Shown here: piece after piece, positions 51,855 to 64,000 of the stretch
Numbering within the stretch: the stretch's first letter is position 1
Layout: every line of letters starts with the position of its first letter
Assembly: GCF_036321535.1 (NCBI RefSeq)
Contig: NC_087436.1
Location: 18,974,001-19,038,000 of the forward strand
Origin: Camelus dromedarius
Lineage: Eukaryota
Reading direction: 5' to 3'
Length of the DNA stretch: 64,000 nucleotides
Program-made: the position numbers and the translations under genes
Notes under the pieces: model-generated
The model's input: the letters and a program-made list of their open reading frames with translations, nothing else
Database searches by the model: none
What the model was told of the DNA's origin: nothing

Positions 51855-53189
51855 CTCCATATATTCTCTTGATTCAAATGCCTGACCCTTTTTGGTTAAA
51901 TTTTCTGAGACAGATTGCCTGGAATGAATAATTGTCCCCACTGCAAATTCAAGTTGTATTCATTCATGTTTGTTCTCACCTGTCGGCCTAGGTATGCGTA
52001 AGCCTATTAATAGTCATCCCCAGTGTGAGGGATTAACCCTCACCTCCTTTATTTGAAATTCCCTGTCCTTTGATTGTGAAGCCATGTTGACATATTTGAC
52101 ACTGATGGAGAATCAGCGTTTGATAGAGTGTTTTGATTCATTCAGCTCAGTTACAATAAGAGACTCAAAATGGCGACCACACAAAAAGAACAAGATGGAA
52201 AAAAAAAAAGGCTTCAGGGAAATCAGCTTATAAACCTGAAAAAGTGCTTTGAGTGAGTTTGTATTTCTTTAGAAATACACACATTAGTAGCTCTAGACTG
52301 GATTGATGGACTTGTAGGCAACATCTGAGCAAAAATGACTGCCTTTTCAGTATGTATAAACTCAGTCTCACGTTAACTTTTCAAATTTTTTTTCTGCTGA
52401 GTATCTCGCAAGTCAAAAACATCATTTTCTATCAAAAAAACTTTAAATATTAAGAAGAATATGTCTTCACAGGACAGGATAATATGTATGTGAATATTTG
52501 ACAAGCAGGTTTTTCTCTTTGAAACTGTCACATAAGAAACACTGAGAAAAAAAAACAACAACACTGTGGTTTGGTGGGTTCACCTCAGCCATAAATTACT
52601 TTGGCACCTGGGATGGTGGGCTCTGAATACATAATTGTTGAGTTAATGAAAGAAGGTAGTGACCAGGAAGAAAATCCACAAAATGTTTTGATCTTTTGGG
52701 ATTTAAAAAACAGTGATACTCCATTTGTTTTTCTTTTTTCCCCAAGTTTATTAGAGCCCACTCTCCATAATATTGGTGTTACCTACGCTGACCGCCTCTC
52801 TCCCCACCAAGGCCAAGAGCGGGCAATGGAAGGGATGGTGGCGATGCCCACAGCTCAGTGGACGTCCCTAGTCTCTACTTCTTGCCCTGTGTTCTAAGTG
52901 CTCCTGCTCTGGCCTGGAATACCTGGTTTCTCCTCTGTTGTCTCATGTCCAGCCACTGCTGTCCACCAGGTTTTAAATTGATGTCTCAGCTTTGAATTTT
53001 TCCTCTGATCACCACAAACTATACACTGTGGAGTTGCCCTTTCCCACCCCTGTGCCTTATCCAAGCCTGAGGCCTCAGCGCACTGGGTATCCCCTCATGG
53101 AAGGGATGTTTGAACTTCAGTCTCTGAGTCTCTTTCTAACCACTCCCAAGTCTGTGATAGCGCTGCTTCTCTGGTAGGGTACTATTTGG

Positions 53190-53490
53190 GAGGCTTAAGA
53201 TAAAGCCATAAGCAAACTGACTAAGTTCCCTGCTGCCGTGGAACTTAAATTCTGGAGTGGAAATAGACAATGCACAAGTAAATATATACGGTCAAAAAGA
53301 TAAGAGCAATGCAGAAACATAAAGTGTGGTAAGAGAATGAAGAGTGTTTAGATGGAGTCATCAGAACAGTCTTCCCTTAGAAGGTGACATTTGACCAAAG
53401 GTCTGAATGCAGTGAAGAATAAGCCATGCATGTAATTGGTTTCTTTTGTAGAAAAATGCAGGTGCAAAGGCCCTGAGGCCAAAGTGTACC
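53190..53490 (-). mobile_element. L2 fragment
   Basis: AAGTTCCCTGCTGCCGTGGAACTTAAATTCT, GAAGGTGACATTTGA and GCAAAGGCCCTGAGG motifs. Confidence 0.7.
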
Positions 53491-55256
53491 TGGAACCATG
53501 ATATTACCTATTAAATACAATTGTTGTGAGGTTAAATGAATTAATTCATTTAAGAACTTTACATAGAACCTGTCTATAAATATTTCTTGATAAATGCTAG
53601 TTGTTAGGATTATAAGACTGCTTCCTATATTCTGGCCCAGCTAGTTCAGTTCCCCCACCTGACCTAGGCCACCCTGATGTTTGGGGACACTGCCACCTAC
53701 TGCTTCTTGCTGGTAAAACAGATGTGGGTAACACATTGAGAAGCTGGTGCTGTGTCTTAGCCATCCAACTCTAAATCAACTCTGCCTTCTGTTTTATGTG
53801 AGATTTCTGTCACCACTACGGCCTCTGTCACCTGCCAAGCCCCAGCCCTCTCTTCACCACAGCTCCAGGGATCCAGGGCCACTGTTCATCTCGTAAGGAG
53901 ATGTCTTTGGACACAGAAGATCACTCCCAACACAGGCTTCCCTGGAGCTGGTGTTTTTTGTCAAATGGCTACCTCCCTCTTTCAGCTTAAGAAGTCCCAC
54001 AGAAAAATTAAGGCATGAAAATTATGGTGGAATTTATTAGGCTACCCACCTGCTCAATGCAGGGTCTGGTGGTCTTATGAAAGAAAAATGAATGAGCTCC
54101 CACAGAGCTCCCACTGCCTCAGAGCACTCACCATTTGGGGTTTGCACCTACTCCCACAGACTCATGACCTTCTGCAATAGTTCTGTTGAATGGTTTGTGA
54201 ATTGTCATTTTTAGAAAATTATACTTCTGGGTGCCTATGGTCTTGTCCATGTTTGGAAAAGTGACAAGTGGAAAATGGCCTTCTAGTCATGTCTTGGTCT
54301 GGCTGTGCACACAGTGGTGCCATTTAGGGTCTGGGGATGTAAGAGCCTGGCTACCTATAGCACTTGCTTAAGGAGAACATCTAATGTGACCTTCTGTTCC
54401 AAGGCCCTTACAGAATCCCCTAAGTGATATTTCATCATCAATAACATCAGCTGTAACAGATATTAATCGTGAGCCTCTTCAGAGCTAGATGTTATGCAAA
54501 GACTTTTCATTTGTTATCTCATTTCAACCTCACAAAAGTCCTGTGTAACCCAGGTACTCCGTACATCAGCAGATTATAAGATCACACCTCCCAGAAATAC
54601 CCAAATCACAACAATCCAGGTCTCTATTCCTTGTCACTCTCAGATGTCCAGCATCTTTACCAGTTTGTTTTCCATGAATTTCTTCAAACTCGAGGAACTT
54701 CTTCCCATCCCCAAACTTGCCTCTCTCTGCCATGTTGGTCTGGGTCTGGGCCACTCCTGGGCTTTTTCTGGACTCCTTTTCCTGCCCCAAGACTTGTCTC
54801 ACTCAGGCAGCAGCTGCTGTCCTCCCTGGCACAGGGTTGTCTCAAGTGGAGGAGGCTCAGATGGGTCCCCTGTTTCCCTTCTGTGATAGGGAAGGTTGAC
54901 CTGTAACGTTTTAGCGAGACTTGTGGCCGGTATGGGGATTAGACTGGAATAGCCCACAGAGGACTTAAAACTGGTTACTAGGTATAACTGCTTTCAGAGT
55001 CCTTGGACTCGAGCCCCTCTGAGGCCCCTTCTGAGGCCCAAGCCCCCACCGTGTACTGATCTTCCAGCTCCTTCTCTCCCGCCATGTTGCAGAGGCTAGC
55101 CCGTGTTGACAATGAGACTTCCTTGCAAATGTGTCTTGTACTCTGACTCCAAACTTTTTTCTTCTTCAGTTCTAAACAATTATTTTGTATTATCTAAAAC
55201 CTAATCCTTGGGCTTTTGTTTACCTACCCCCAGGGCCTTTCCCTAAGCACCCCTTG

Positions 55257-55258
<2 letters not shown>

Positions 55259-55288
<30 letters not shown>
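55259..55288. repeat. (CA)n microsatellite
   Basis: Directly visible. Confidence 0.97.
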
Positions 55289-55290
<2 letters not shown>

Positions 55291-56127
55291 GCAATGTATA
55301 AAAACACAACAAAACAACATCAGGATATTGGCTGATTTCTGAGTGACTTCCTGTTCCTCACATTTGAGATACACACAGAGATGTCCAAATTCAGCCTCAG
55401 CCTATCCAGCGCAGCCCCTCACAGACATGAGGCTAAGACATGCTGCGGTACCCTCCCTGACACCAGCCAGTCTCTGCTCCCAGCATCCACCATGCATGTT
55501 ATTCCTCGTGAATTCTCGCCAGCGTCCTATGGTATAGGTGTTATTAGTGTGCCTTTTGCCATTTACTAAGCTCAAAAATGGATGAGATTGGAACAATTAT
55601 TAGGTTCACATAACAAAGAAACTCGGGTTTAGAAAGTTTAAATAACTGGCCAAAGGTGGTAGGCACCTGTGCACAGAGCACACACTGTCTACTACACATT
55701 CCCTCATCCAGGGCTACCCTCTTGGTCAAGGATAACTTACAACCCTTATGAGCTCCTTAGTCATGTCATTAATTACCACTGTGTCTAGTTTGCTTTCTAG
55801 CTTAGGGGTGGGCTGTTTAGCTGTGTAAGCGTCAGTCTCCAGGTCTATACCTACAGACTAGACACTAAATAAAGGCAAAAACCATATTTTCAAAGCATGC
55901 CACCACTGATTTATCACTCATGGACAGCACAGCGCTCACCCCTCAACCTTGGGTTCTCTACAAAGACCTTCCTTGACTGCTCCATCCACGGAGACCGTCC
56001 TTGTCTGCACTTCCATAAGCACTCCTTTTTATTTTTCTTAAACTACATAACATGGTGTTCTATTGTTTATTACAAAAGATTTTTGTTAATCACTACATAT
56101 CATCTTACTTTGCTCTTCTGTGCTTTT

Positions 56128-56268
56128 AAAAACATTATTGTATTATTTAATTATTTTATTTTGGTGAGGGGAGGTAATTAGGTTTATTTTTAGAGGCGGT
56201 ACTGGGGATTGAACCCAAGACCTCATGCATGCTAAGCATGCACTCTACCACTGAGCTATACCCTCCCC
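56128..56268 (-). mobile_element. tRNA-Ala-derived SINE (camelid vic-1 type), long form
   Basis: Same tRNA-like head as 51750-51854, plus the 3' extension AAATAAACCTAATTACCTCCCC and an A-rich tail. No clear TSD. Confidence 0.88.
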
Positions 56269-58769
56269 CTCCCATGTTTTTTGTTTCTATATGTGTTGGA
56301 CTTGCCTTCCACATAAAATTAGAACTCCCTTGAAGGTAAGGACCATTCCTTAAACTTTTTTTATGTTCTCTCCAAAGAATTTACTCTTCTGCTAAGTTCA
56401 TAGAAAATGCTAAATGAATATTGGCTTGCTCTATTGTTGACAAGAATTAACCAAAAAAGAATAAACTGGTATACATAATTTGATGATGTCCCTTAAAATG
56501 TATGTTTTGAATTATTTTTCATAGGAACAAAATTTATAAGTAGTACAAATTGTCAATAGTAATTCTAGAAGCAAGTAGTAAAGCCTTTTTATCTTTATTT
56601 AAAAAATTTTTAAGAGATGACTCTCATAGTTCATAGATAAATGGTGAAAAAGGAAACATACATATATGGTTTTTAATAACTTGAAAAAAGAGTTAAAATA
56701 GTTTCTTAGGGCTTCTAAGTAACAATTTTCACACATTCATTGTTAGGTAGTCTCAGTTCAGCATTTTCTAAAGTGTCTCTAGATGTCTTAACCATCCACT
56801 TTATGTAAATACATTAAAACCATGAGCCTTGCAATTATATATAAAAAACAAAAAAAGGAGGAGAGTGTTTTGGTTTGATTTTGATGGCAATTGTTTGATG
56901 AAAGCAAATGCCAACACCTCCTTTTGAAGCATTTCAGTGGAAGGAAGTTCCTTTTAACAGATATTTAATGAAATCCTGAATAAAATGCTCAACTGTTTTA
57001 CTACTTGCTTTGTGAACGGCATTTCTCCTTCTGCCTTTTTGGGAAACTGTGCTGCTTTCTGATGATAAATGATCTATATTTTGTCTTGCTTTCTAATGCT
57101 TCCGGAGTTTAATGTTACGGAAAAGTTAAACCTACCTCAGGAACATTAACATATAAAGCCAAAGATGATCTTGCCATGGGCCATGGCTATGCCCTCAAAT
57201 AATATAAATCCGATCAAAATCAGATTCTGAAGTAGACGGCATTCCCTGGAAAGTTTGCATTTCTTTCCTATTTTCTTAAAATCCTCGGGAAGTTATTTAC
57301 GTAAAGCGCCCACCGTCTTCCAAACACATCAGCCTTTCGAAAAGCTTTATTTAAATACCTCTGCCAAATGAAAGGCTCCTTTTCATGCCATTTCAAGCCC
57401 TGAAGTACCAAAAGGGTAAATAACTTGAAGTCTCACTTTTGACTGACTTGACTTTGAAAGAGGCACAGGCTGCATAAACAGCCACTCCGCCGCCAGACAC
57501 CTCTCTTAAACAGTCGCCTTCGTGATCTGCTAACATCGGTAACAATGATAAACACCTTAATTCGCTGGATTAATGAGCTGGAGCCAATAGAAAAGGACAA
57601 AAACCCATAACTTTTCCCCAAACTTAGTTAAATGTCAAGGTTTTTAAAGGCCTAGTTAGCAAGTATATTAGATGAGATATGTCAGCTTCCCAATTTACGA
57701 CTCTGACTTGTCTCTTGTGATTCCTTATAGCCTCTAGCCATTCTCCTCTTACCTGAGGCATTCTCTGGCAAAAACCTGATGCTTCCAGTCATTCTGCATT
57801 CTTGTGTTTCTTCAAAAATAATTGGACAGGCACCTTTCCATAAACAATCATCATTAGTTATCTATGGAACACAGATAACGGCTACCACACAAATAAGTTT
57901 CAGTGGAACGTCTTGAGCCAAAGAGAAGTAATTTGGCCTGTGTGTTACAGATGTGATTGACAGAGAGTTAATGCACTTAGCACTTTTCCAGGAGGCTCTG
58001 AGTATCAGCTCCTTGATGCTCAGAAAGTCCTGCTCCCAGAAAAGTGACATAGCCATTGACCATTGAGTTTGTTGCTATTGGATAACCAGTTCCGTTTCCA
58101 GACTCAATGATTAAAGTCATTATAGGAACTGTCAGCAGGGGGGAAGATATGGAAACTGTCACAAGCAGCAACTGTCTGAAATGTTAAAGATTCCCACAAT
58201 GTTTAACAGTTTTAAAGCAGGAAATTTGGACCTAATGAAGATCAACCTCAATTATAAAGCCGCAAGCTTCAAATATTTTCTGCTAGGTTGATTAACTCCA
58301 CAGCCCTCTTTTTTTTTTTTTTTTTTAACCTCCTTGGGAAAATTCTGAAAAAAAACAACTCTCGTATTTATGGCTATGAAGAAAGTTTACAGCAAAAATG
58401 AATTAACATCTTTTAAAAATCTGTTATTTGAAGGATGCATATTCTACAGAAAAGACTGAGGAAATAAAAGTTTAAACTGAGTGAAATAGTAGCACATAAT
58501 TTGAAAGATGTGAGTAATTATTTTTATATTCAAGGACCATTGTAACTTTAATATTTGATAGAACACAATATTTCCAATCCAACAATGAGCCTAGCCATGT
58601 TTATAAGTTGCTAGCAGTTTTTTTTTCTAGTGCTAAAAATAAAAATTCCCGACTTAAAATTAGAATTTGTTATTGTTTTATAATTTTCTATAGAGAGCAT
58701 TGGCCATACAGATGATTAAAATGATTTCTAAGTTAAACATGTTTTTGAAATTAATTAATTAAAAAAAGA

Positions 58770-58970
58770 TTTATATATATATACATATAGATAGATAGAT
58801 AGATTTAAAAAACAAACAAGTTTGTTCTGTGTAGTACAGGGAACTATATTCAGTATCTTGTAATAACCTTTAATGAAAAAATATGAAAATGAATATATGT
58901 ATATGCATGATGGACATTGTGCTGTACACCAGAAATTGACACATGGTAACTGACTGTACAATTTAAAAAA
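58770..58970 (+). mobile_element. 5'-truncated L1 3'UTR
   Basis: GTACAGGGAACTATATTCAGTATCTTGTAATAACC...; similar to 36550-36720. Confidence 0.85.
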
Positions 58971-59084
58971 GATCTAAGTACATGAGTGTTGATTAACACT
59001 ATCAGATTATCAATGACTACATTAGCTCATTTTGTACTATGTTTAAAAACAAATGGCAAGTCTGAAAAACTGTTTCAGACACAA

Positions 59085-59460
59085 GGAACTGTGAAGACAT
59101 GAAGACTGATTGTAATGATACATGCTGAATAGGATCCCAGAATAGAAAAGAACATTGGGAGAAATTAGTGAAATCTGAACAAAACGTAGACCTTAGTTAA
59201 CCAATATTGGTACCTTAGTTGTGACAAATGTGTAATAGCAATTAGGGTAAGCTAAGGAACATATTATACTAAAAAATGATTTGTTGTTTACCTGAAATTC
59301 AAATTTAACTGGCTGTCTTGTACTTTATGAGCTAAATCTGGCAATTCGGATAGTAATATAACATGTTCATGACAGAAGAAACCGGGTGAGGGGTATACAG
59401 GGACTTTTGGTAATATCTTTGCAACTTTTCTGTAAATCTAAAATTATTCTAAAATAAAAA
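59085..59460 (+). mobile_element. Old L1 (L1MB/MC-like) 3' end, interrupted by a MER53 piece
   Basis: GGGTGAGGGGTATACAGGGACT...TGCAACTTTTCTGTAAATCTAAAATTATTCTAAAATAAAA. Confidence 0.75.
59255..59348. mobile_element. MER53-like (hAT MITE) half element
   Basis: TATACTAAAAAATGATTTGTTGTTTACCTGAAATTCAAATTTAACTGG...AAATCTGGCAA matches one arm of MER53. Confidence 0.7.
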
Positions 59461-59492
59461 GAGTACTTACATTTTTTAAAAAGCAGTGAGAA

Positions 59493-59627
59493 TCTTGTAG
59501 TGGCTCACAGTGAAAGAGAATGTGACAATGAATGTATGTATGTTCATGTATAACTGAAAAATTGTGCTCTACACTGGAATTTGACACAATATTGTAAAAC
59601 GACTATAACTAAATAAAAAATGTTTTA
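59493..59627 (+). mobile_element. Short 5'-truncated young L1 3' end, same lineage as the full-length copy
   Basis: Colinear with 49550-49685. TSD AAAAAGCAGTGAGAA (59478-92) / AAAAAACAGTGAGAA (59628-42). Confidence 0.9.
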
Positions 59628-62254
59628 AAAAAACAGTGAGAAAACATATGGCAATGAAATGCATTTTGCTTTATTATTTTAGTCAAAGCAGTTTACATAC
59701 CTAAGATTAAAATCTGACATCAGCCATAACTTTAATTTTTTTCAATGTATAAACAAGTTTGCCCTTGAAAAATGCATGTTTTAACCCCATTTGTCAGTAA
59801 AGGAGTGCCTAATACAATAATCCTAACAGTAATATTCTTCTATTTATTTTTCTTTCCTCACCTGCTATGCCCAGGTTTTGACATTAAGAATATTGTGTTT
59901 GATATTTTCTGCATTAAAAACCACTTTAGGCTTTGGTTCCATTTTACTCCCAGTCAGAAAGATCAGAAAAAGCTCAAGTCACACAGTGAGAAACTTTATC
60001 CACTGAATGAGACATTATCCATTCCACCAGACTGCAAATCAAAGAGTATCTCTTAGGCTGCTTAAAAATTCATTTTAAAATCTAATCCTGATTGTACTTT
60101 TATGGTAATTTCATACCATCAATCATCCTTTTACCTTTAGTCTCTGGGTCCACTGCTCTCCCCATAGATCTCATTCACTCTACCTCATTATAATTCTTTA
60201 GGTGAGAAAACAGGGGAAGAAACCTTAACAGAAAATGAGGGAAAGATGTAAATTTCTTGAGAAAAGTCAGGTTCACTAAGAAGCTGAGCTAATGATACGT
60301 TCTGATCTTCCCTCTTTTTTGTAATTAAAAGATGGGAGGAAAAACCGACCCCAAAAAGGCAAAAAACATGTCTCCCATGCAAAGAACGTATTTGTAACCC
60401 GCATTCGATCTTACTAATATACCTTAGAGTTTCAAGCTGTCCACATCCTGACTTGTTTCTGCCATTTGACGTGAACAAAAGAAATACTCTTGAAACTCTT
60501 GAGAACTTCTCTTTCATTGTGTGATGTTTGCCTGACCTTCACTGGGGCTGCCTCCTTTCTAATTCTGTTTTTAGTAAACGGAATGATCAGAGTGTAGAAT
60601 GAGCAGCAGGCAGCTATGACCCACAGAGAGCGGGTCCCTCCCTAGGTATAGAGGTTCAACTTAGAGTTATGGGAAATCAATAATATAACTTTGGTTATTA
60701 TTCTCCATTTGGCAATGTATATACGCTTGCTCCAGCTAACAATTAATCACTGGAAGGGAATAGCGCAGGGCTGTGTTATCAGCCAGAAAGCACTCGTGGC
60801 AAGTGCAATGATTTCTAACATCTAGTTTAAATCGAGCATTCATTCAGCCTTTTCAGCATGATTCAATTTTACTAACAATATGTGCTATATTTTTGCGCCA
60901 TTGATTTGAATGCTGACTCCGGTGTAAAGCATATTTCTTAGAGCAACAAGAAATGTAATAGGTAATAAACTCAGCAGTGAGCTCAGCCTCGGTACATTTA
61001 GATCGGAATTAAAAAAAAAAAAAAAAGGCTATTAACCACAAGGGAAGCGACTGATTTCTCTGAAGCCCCAAGTCCAGCTGCACCATCATTTTCTAATGCC
61101 TTTAACAAAATGTTGCCATAAACCACAGAATGCCAATAATAGCAATAATCCCTCCAGAATGGGTTGTTACCAGCAGTTAGTGACCAGTTTCTTAGTTAAT
61201 GGCCTGAGGGGAAAGGCTTTAAGAAAGCTGTATTCACTATTTCCTCTCAGGCAATTTAACTGGATGCATTAAACTGCATTTTCATTGGGATTTCAAAATG
61301 TTTGTGCTCTGACAAGGCGCTCATTTTAAGGTCTTTTGATTAAATCTCCATCTCCACAGTCTCAGGAAGAGCAAAGAAGCAACCCATGGAAGTGTGGGAG
61401 CGGGGTAACTTTAACAGTCTCTTAATAACGTTAAGTGACAGTCTGAAATACATAAACGTAGATTGCCGCTATCACGCGGAAGTTCTTTGTTCTGATTTAA
61501 CGCTCTCCGGTCCGTCATTGATGAGCTGTAAGTGAGCCCTCTGTTCATTCATTTCTTCATACAGATGATAATCCCGCTGCTGTCTTTGTGGGGGCGATTT
61601 TGAGGATCAAAGGCGATTCTGTTTGTGAAAGAGATGGGAAACCACGGTATGGTGCTGGGTACCAGAGGCTGCCCGCCCGCCGCAGCCTCCTTCATCAATA
61701 GTAACCAGGTGTGCTTGGCTTAGCTAACTGGTTAATCCGCACATCTGCCCAGAGGGTTAAATCTTAACTCCCTGTTGCAAGGGCAACAGAGGATGGGAGT
61801 GGGGAGGTGACCACGGAAATGAGGTTTCTGTAACTGCTGCTAGAGTTAAGAGTCTAAACCCACTCAAATTTAAATTGAGAAGTCAAGATTTAAGGGATTC
61901 AATTCTTATTTTCGACCTTATGAAACATCAGCCCCACTTCTTTTGAAAATGTAAACTTTTTATCAGATGCCATGAAACATCCGTTTATTATAGGCTAGTT
62001 TCTGTTAGAAATGAATTGTGCCTAGCATGCAAATTAAGTCAGGCCCCTGGACCTGGCTTTGAGTGATTACAAGGAGTTTTAAAATTCCACAAGTGAAATA
62101 ATAAGAATGTTGTAGTAATTAATATTGAGACAGACTGTTCTTATTTGCATCCTAAGGTACATGAACACAGAAGTGTTTTATAACGTGTGGGAAAGGATGA
62201 CTTAAATATATTTCAGGTGATAATATAGTATACCATAGCTGAGATGGTCATAAA

Positions 62255-62255
62255 T

Positions 62256-62331
<76 letters not shown>

Positions 62332-62345
62332 TAATAATAATAATA
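62255..62345. repeat. (TGATAA)n/(TAA)n microsatellite
   Basis: Directly visible compound repeat. Confidence 0.97.
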
Positions 62346-64000
62346 TAAATGTAGCATTTTTCTCTCAGGAACTCCAAAATAATATTTCAGATGTCATCTT
62401 TTGTTCAATGCATTGTTTTTCCTGTTTACATCTAAAATAATTTCTTCTGATTCATATTCTATCTATGTAACTAACATATTAGAATGAGACATGGGCACCA
62501 GAACATTTTTCTTATTTCAATACATTAATCATAGGGATGCACTTCTAGATTTAAACTAAAATTTATATATCAATCTGACACTATTTATACACCAGTCATA
62601 AATCATTCAGAAACATGAATAGGTTACATAGTATGATTTAATTTGTCTGCTTCCACAAACTATAGGTTTTAAGCAAAACACTTCAATTGTTCATTAATTG
62701 CAACCATTAACCTGGCTTCATAAATAAAGGCAAAAATGATGGACATTACGAAGAAAATGGCATGGATCAGGCACAGGTCTGCTCCGACTCATCACATCCA
62801 GTGCTGTCTCAGGTTACAAATACTCACTTTTATGTCTGCACTGAGGGGGCAAAGGTAAAGATCGTATTATCTGTCTGTCTGTCTATCTATCATCTTTTAT
62901 TAACTATTATACATATTTTTCTTCACTGCGTGAAAAAAAATCAAAGCCATATAAATGAAGCCTTATAGCATAAATTCATCAAACTGAAATTGCATTTCAA
63001 GGAAAATCAAATACACATTTGAAATCAGAAGTTTCTGTTTTCCTCATAACCAAAGTTCAAGGTGGGTCCAGCACCACATCCCATTTAAAGGGTGGTTAGA
63101 AAATGCTGGAGGGTAGTTTTGTCACCGGAAGTGGATGTGTTATGAATGAATGGGATGCAAAGGAAGACTGCCCCCGGCTCCGAGGTGCTACTTTACAATG
63201 TGAAAGGCAGGATGAAGATGGCCCTGCGTTAGGCAGATGAATAGAAATCCTTGCCACAGAGACAGGCTTGAGCTTGTGCAGAGGAGGAAGGCACTGAACC
63301 TGCTTCCCTCAAATCTGCCCTTTCTCTCCCAGCCCCTAAGTGGCCATTTTACGATGTCTGCAATCATTGTGGTGGAGACAAAGCCTGTTATCCTACAGTG
63401 CACCTCAGGAGAAGAGGTGATGGTGTAAAAGGTCTGGTTGGACGGGGTGGAGTATGAGGTCACAGACCCTGCAGGGAAGAATGGAGCGATACCAAGTGTG
63501 GGCAGGAAAACAACAAGGAGATATTGTGGACACAGGAAATCAACTTTGCGACTCTTCAGAGTTTCTCCTTTGGCCAGCCCTTCTGCCTATAAACGCATCT
63601 CTCAGGAAGGTTCTACAGATTATAAAATAGATAAAGGGTGCTGAATTCCTCAGAAAGAAGATAAGTAAGCATTCTGCTATGACCCTGTCTTGGAAGATTA
63701 TGAAGAAGGCAGCAAGATCTTACATATAAAACATAACATTAGTTTAGAATTCTTTAACTTAATTTTCTTTTATTTGACAAGGGACTAATGTGTCATGCAT
63801 TTGAAGAGTAAACAAGAATGTGAGAGGAATGGGAACAAATACAAATTCTTTTGGAGGACCCAAGCGCTTCGGGTTCACTCACAAATGTTGCCATTGGTGG
63901 GAGAGAGTGATGGGGGTGGGGGTGTCGGAAGGAAGAGAAAGGAAACACGTTGATTGTAGTGTTCAGTGTTTTTTCACATATTATCACTTTTTAGTCCTCA

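Noticed and set aside
1..64000. CRISPR array, operon or other prokaryote-type system
   Set aside because: The window is mammalian repeat-rich DNA with no regularly spaced repeats or dense coding. Apart from L1, the listed ORFs are short and look random.

Overview
Mammalian, AT-rich, repeat-rich non-coding DNA (intergenic or deep intronic). It is very likely camelid (alpaca, llama or camel), judged from two tRNA-Ala-derived vic-1-type SINEs. I recognise no host protein-coding exon, rRNA, functional tRNA or known ncRNA. The dominant feature is a young, essentially full-length LINE-1 (42645-49687, + strand) with a perfect 15-bp target-site duplication (TSD). It has a CpG-rich 1.6-kb 5'UTR, an intact ORF1 and a 403-bp inter-ORF spacer. 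Its ORF2 is broken by three nonsense codons and one frameshift. The rest is 5'-truncated L1 3' ends (several with TSDs), older L1, L2, MIR, MLT1, Tigger and MER53 relics, microsatellites and a few repeat-poor, CpG-enriched blocks that may be regulatory. I found no convincing novel biological system. The best leads are inside the L1: a spacer splice acceptor plus a small ORF overlapping the ORF2 start, a long antisense 5'UTR ORF that reads out into the flank, and an endonuclease (EN)-only ORF2 product. A double-3'-end L1 chimera is also notable. Repeat family names come from recalled consensus similarity, not from a search, and boundaries without TSDs are approximate.
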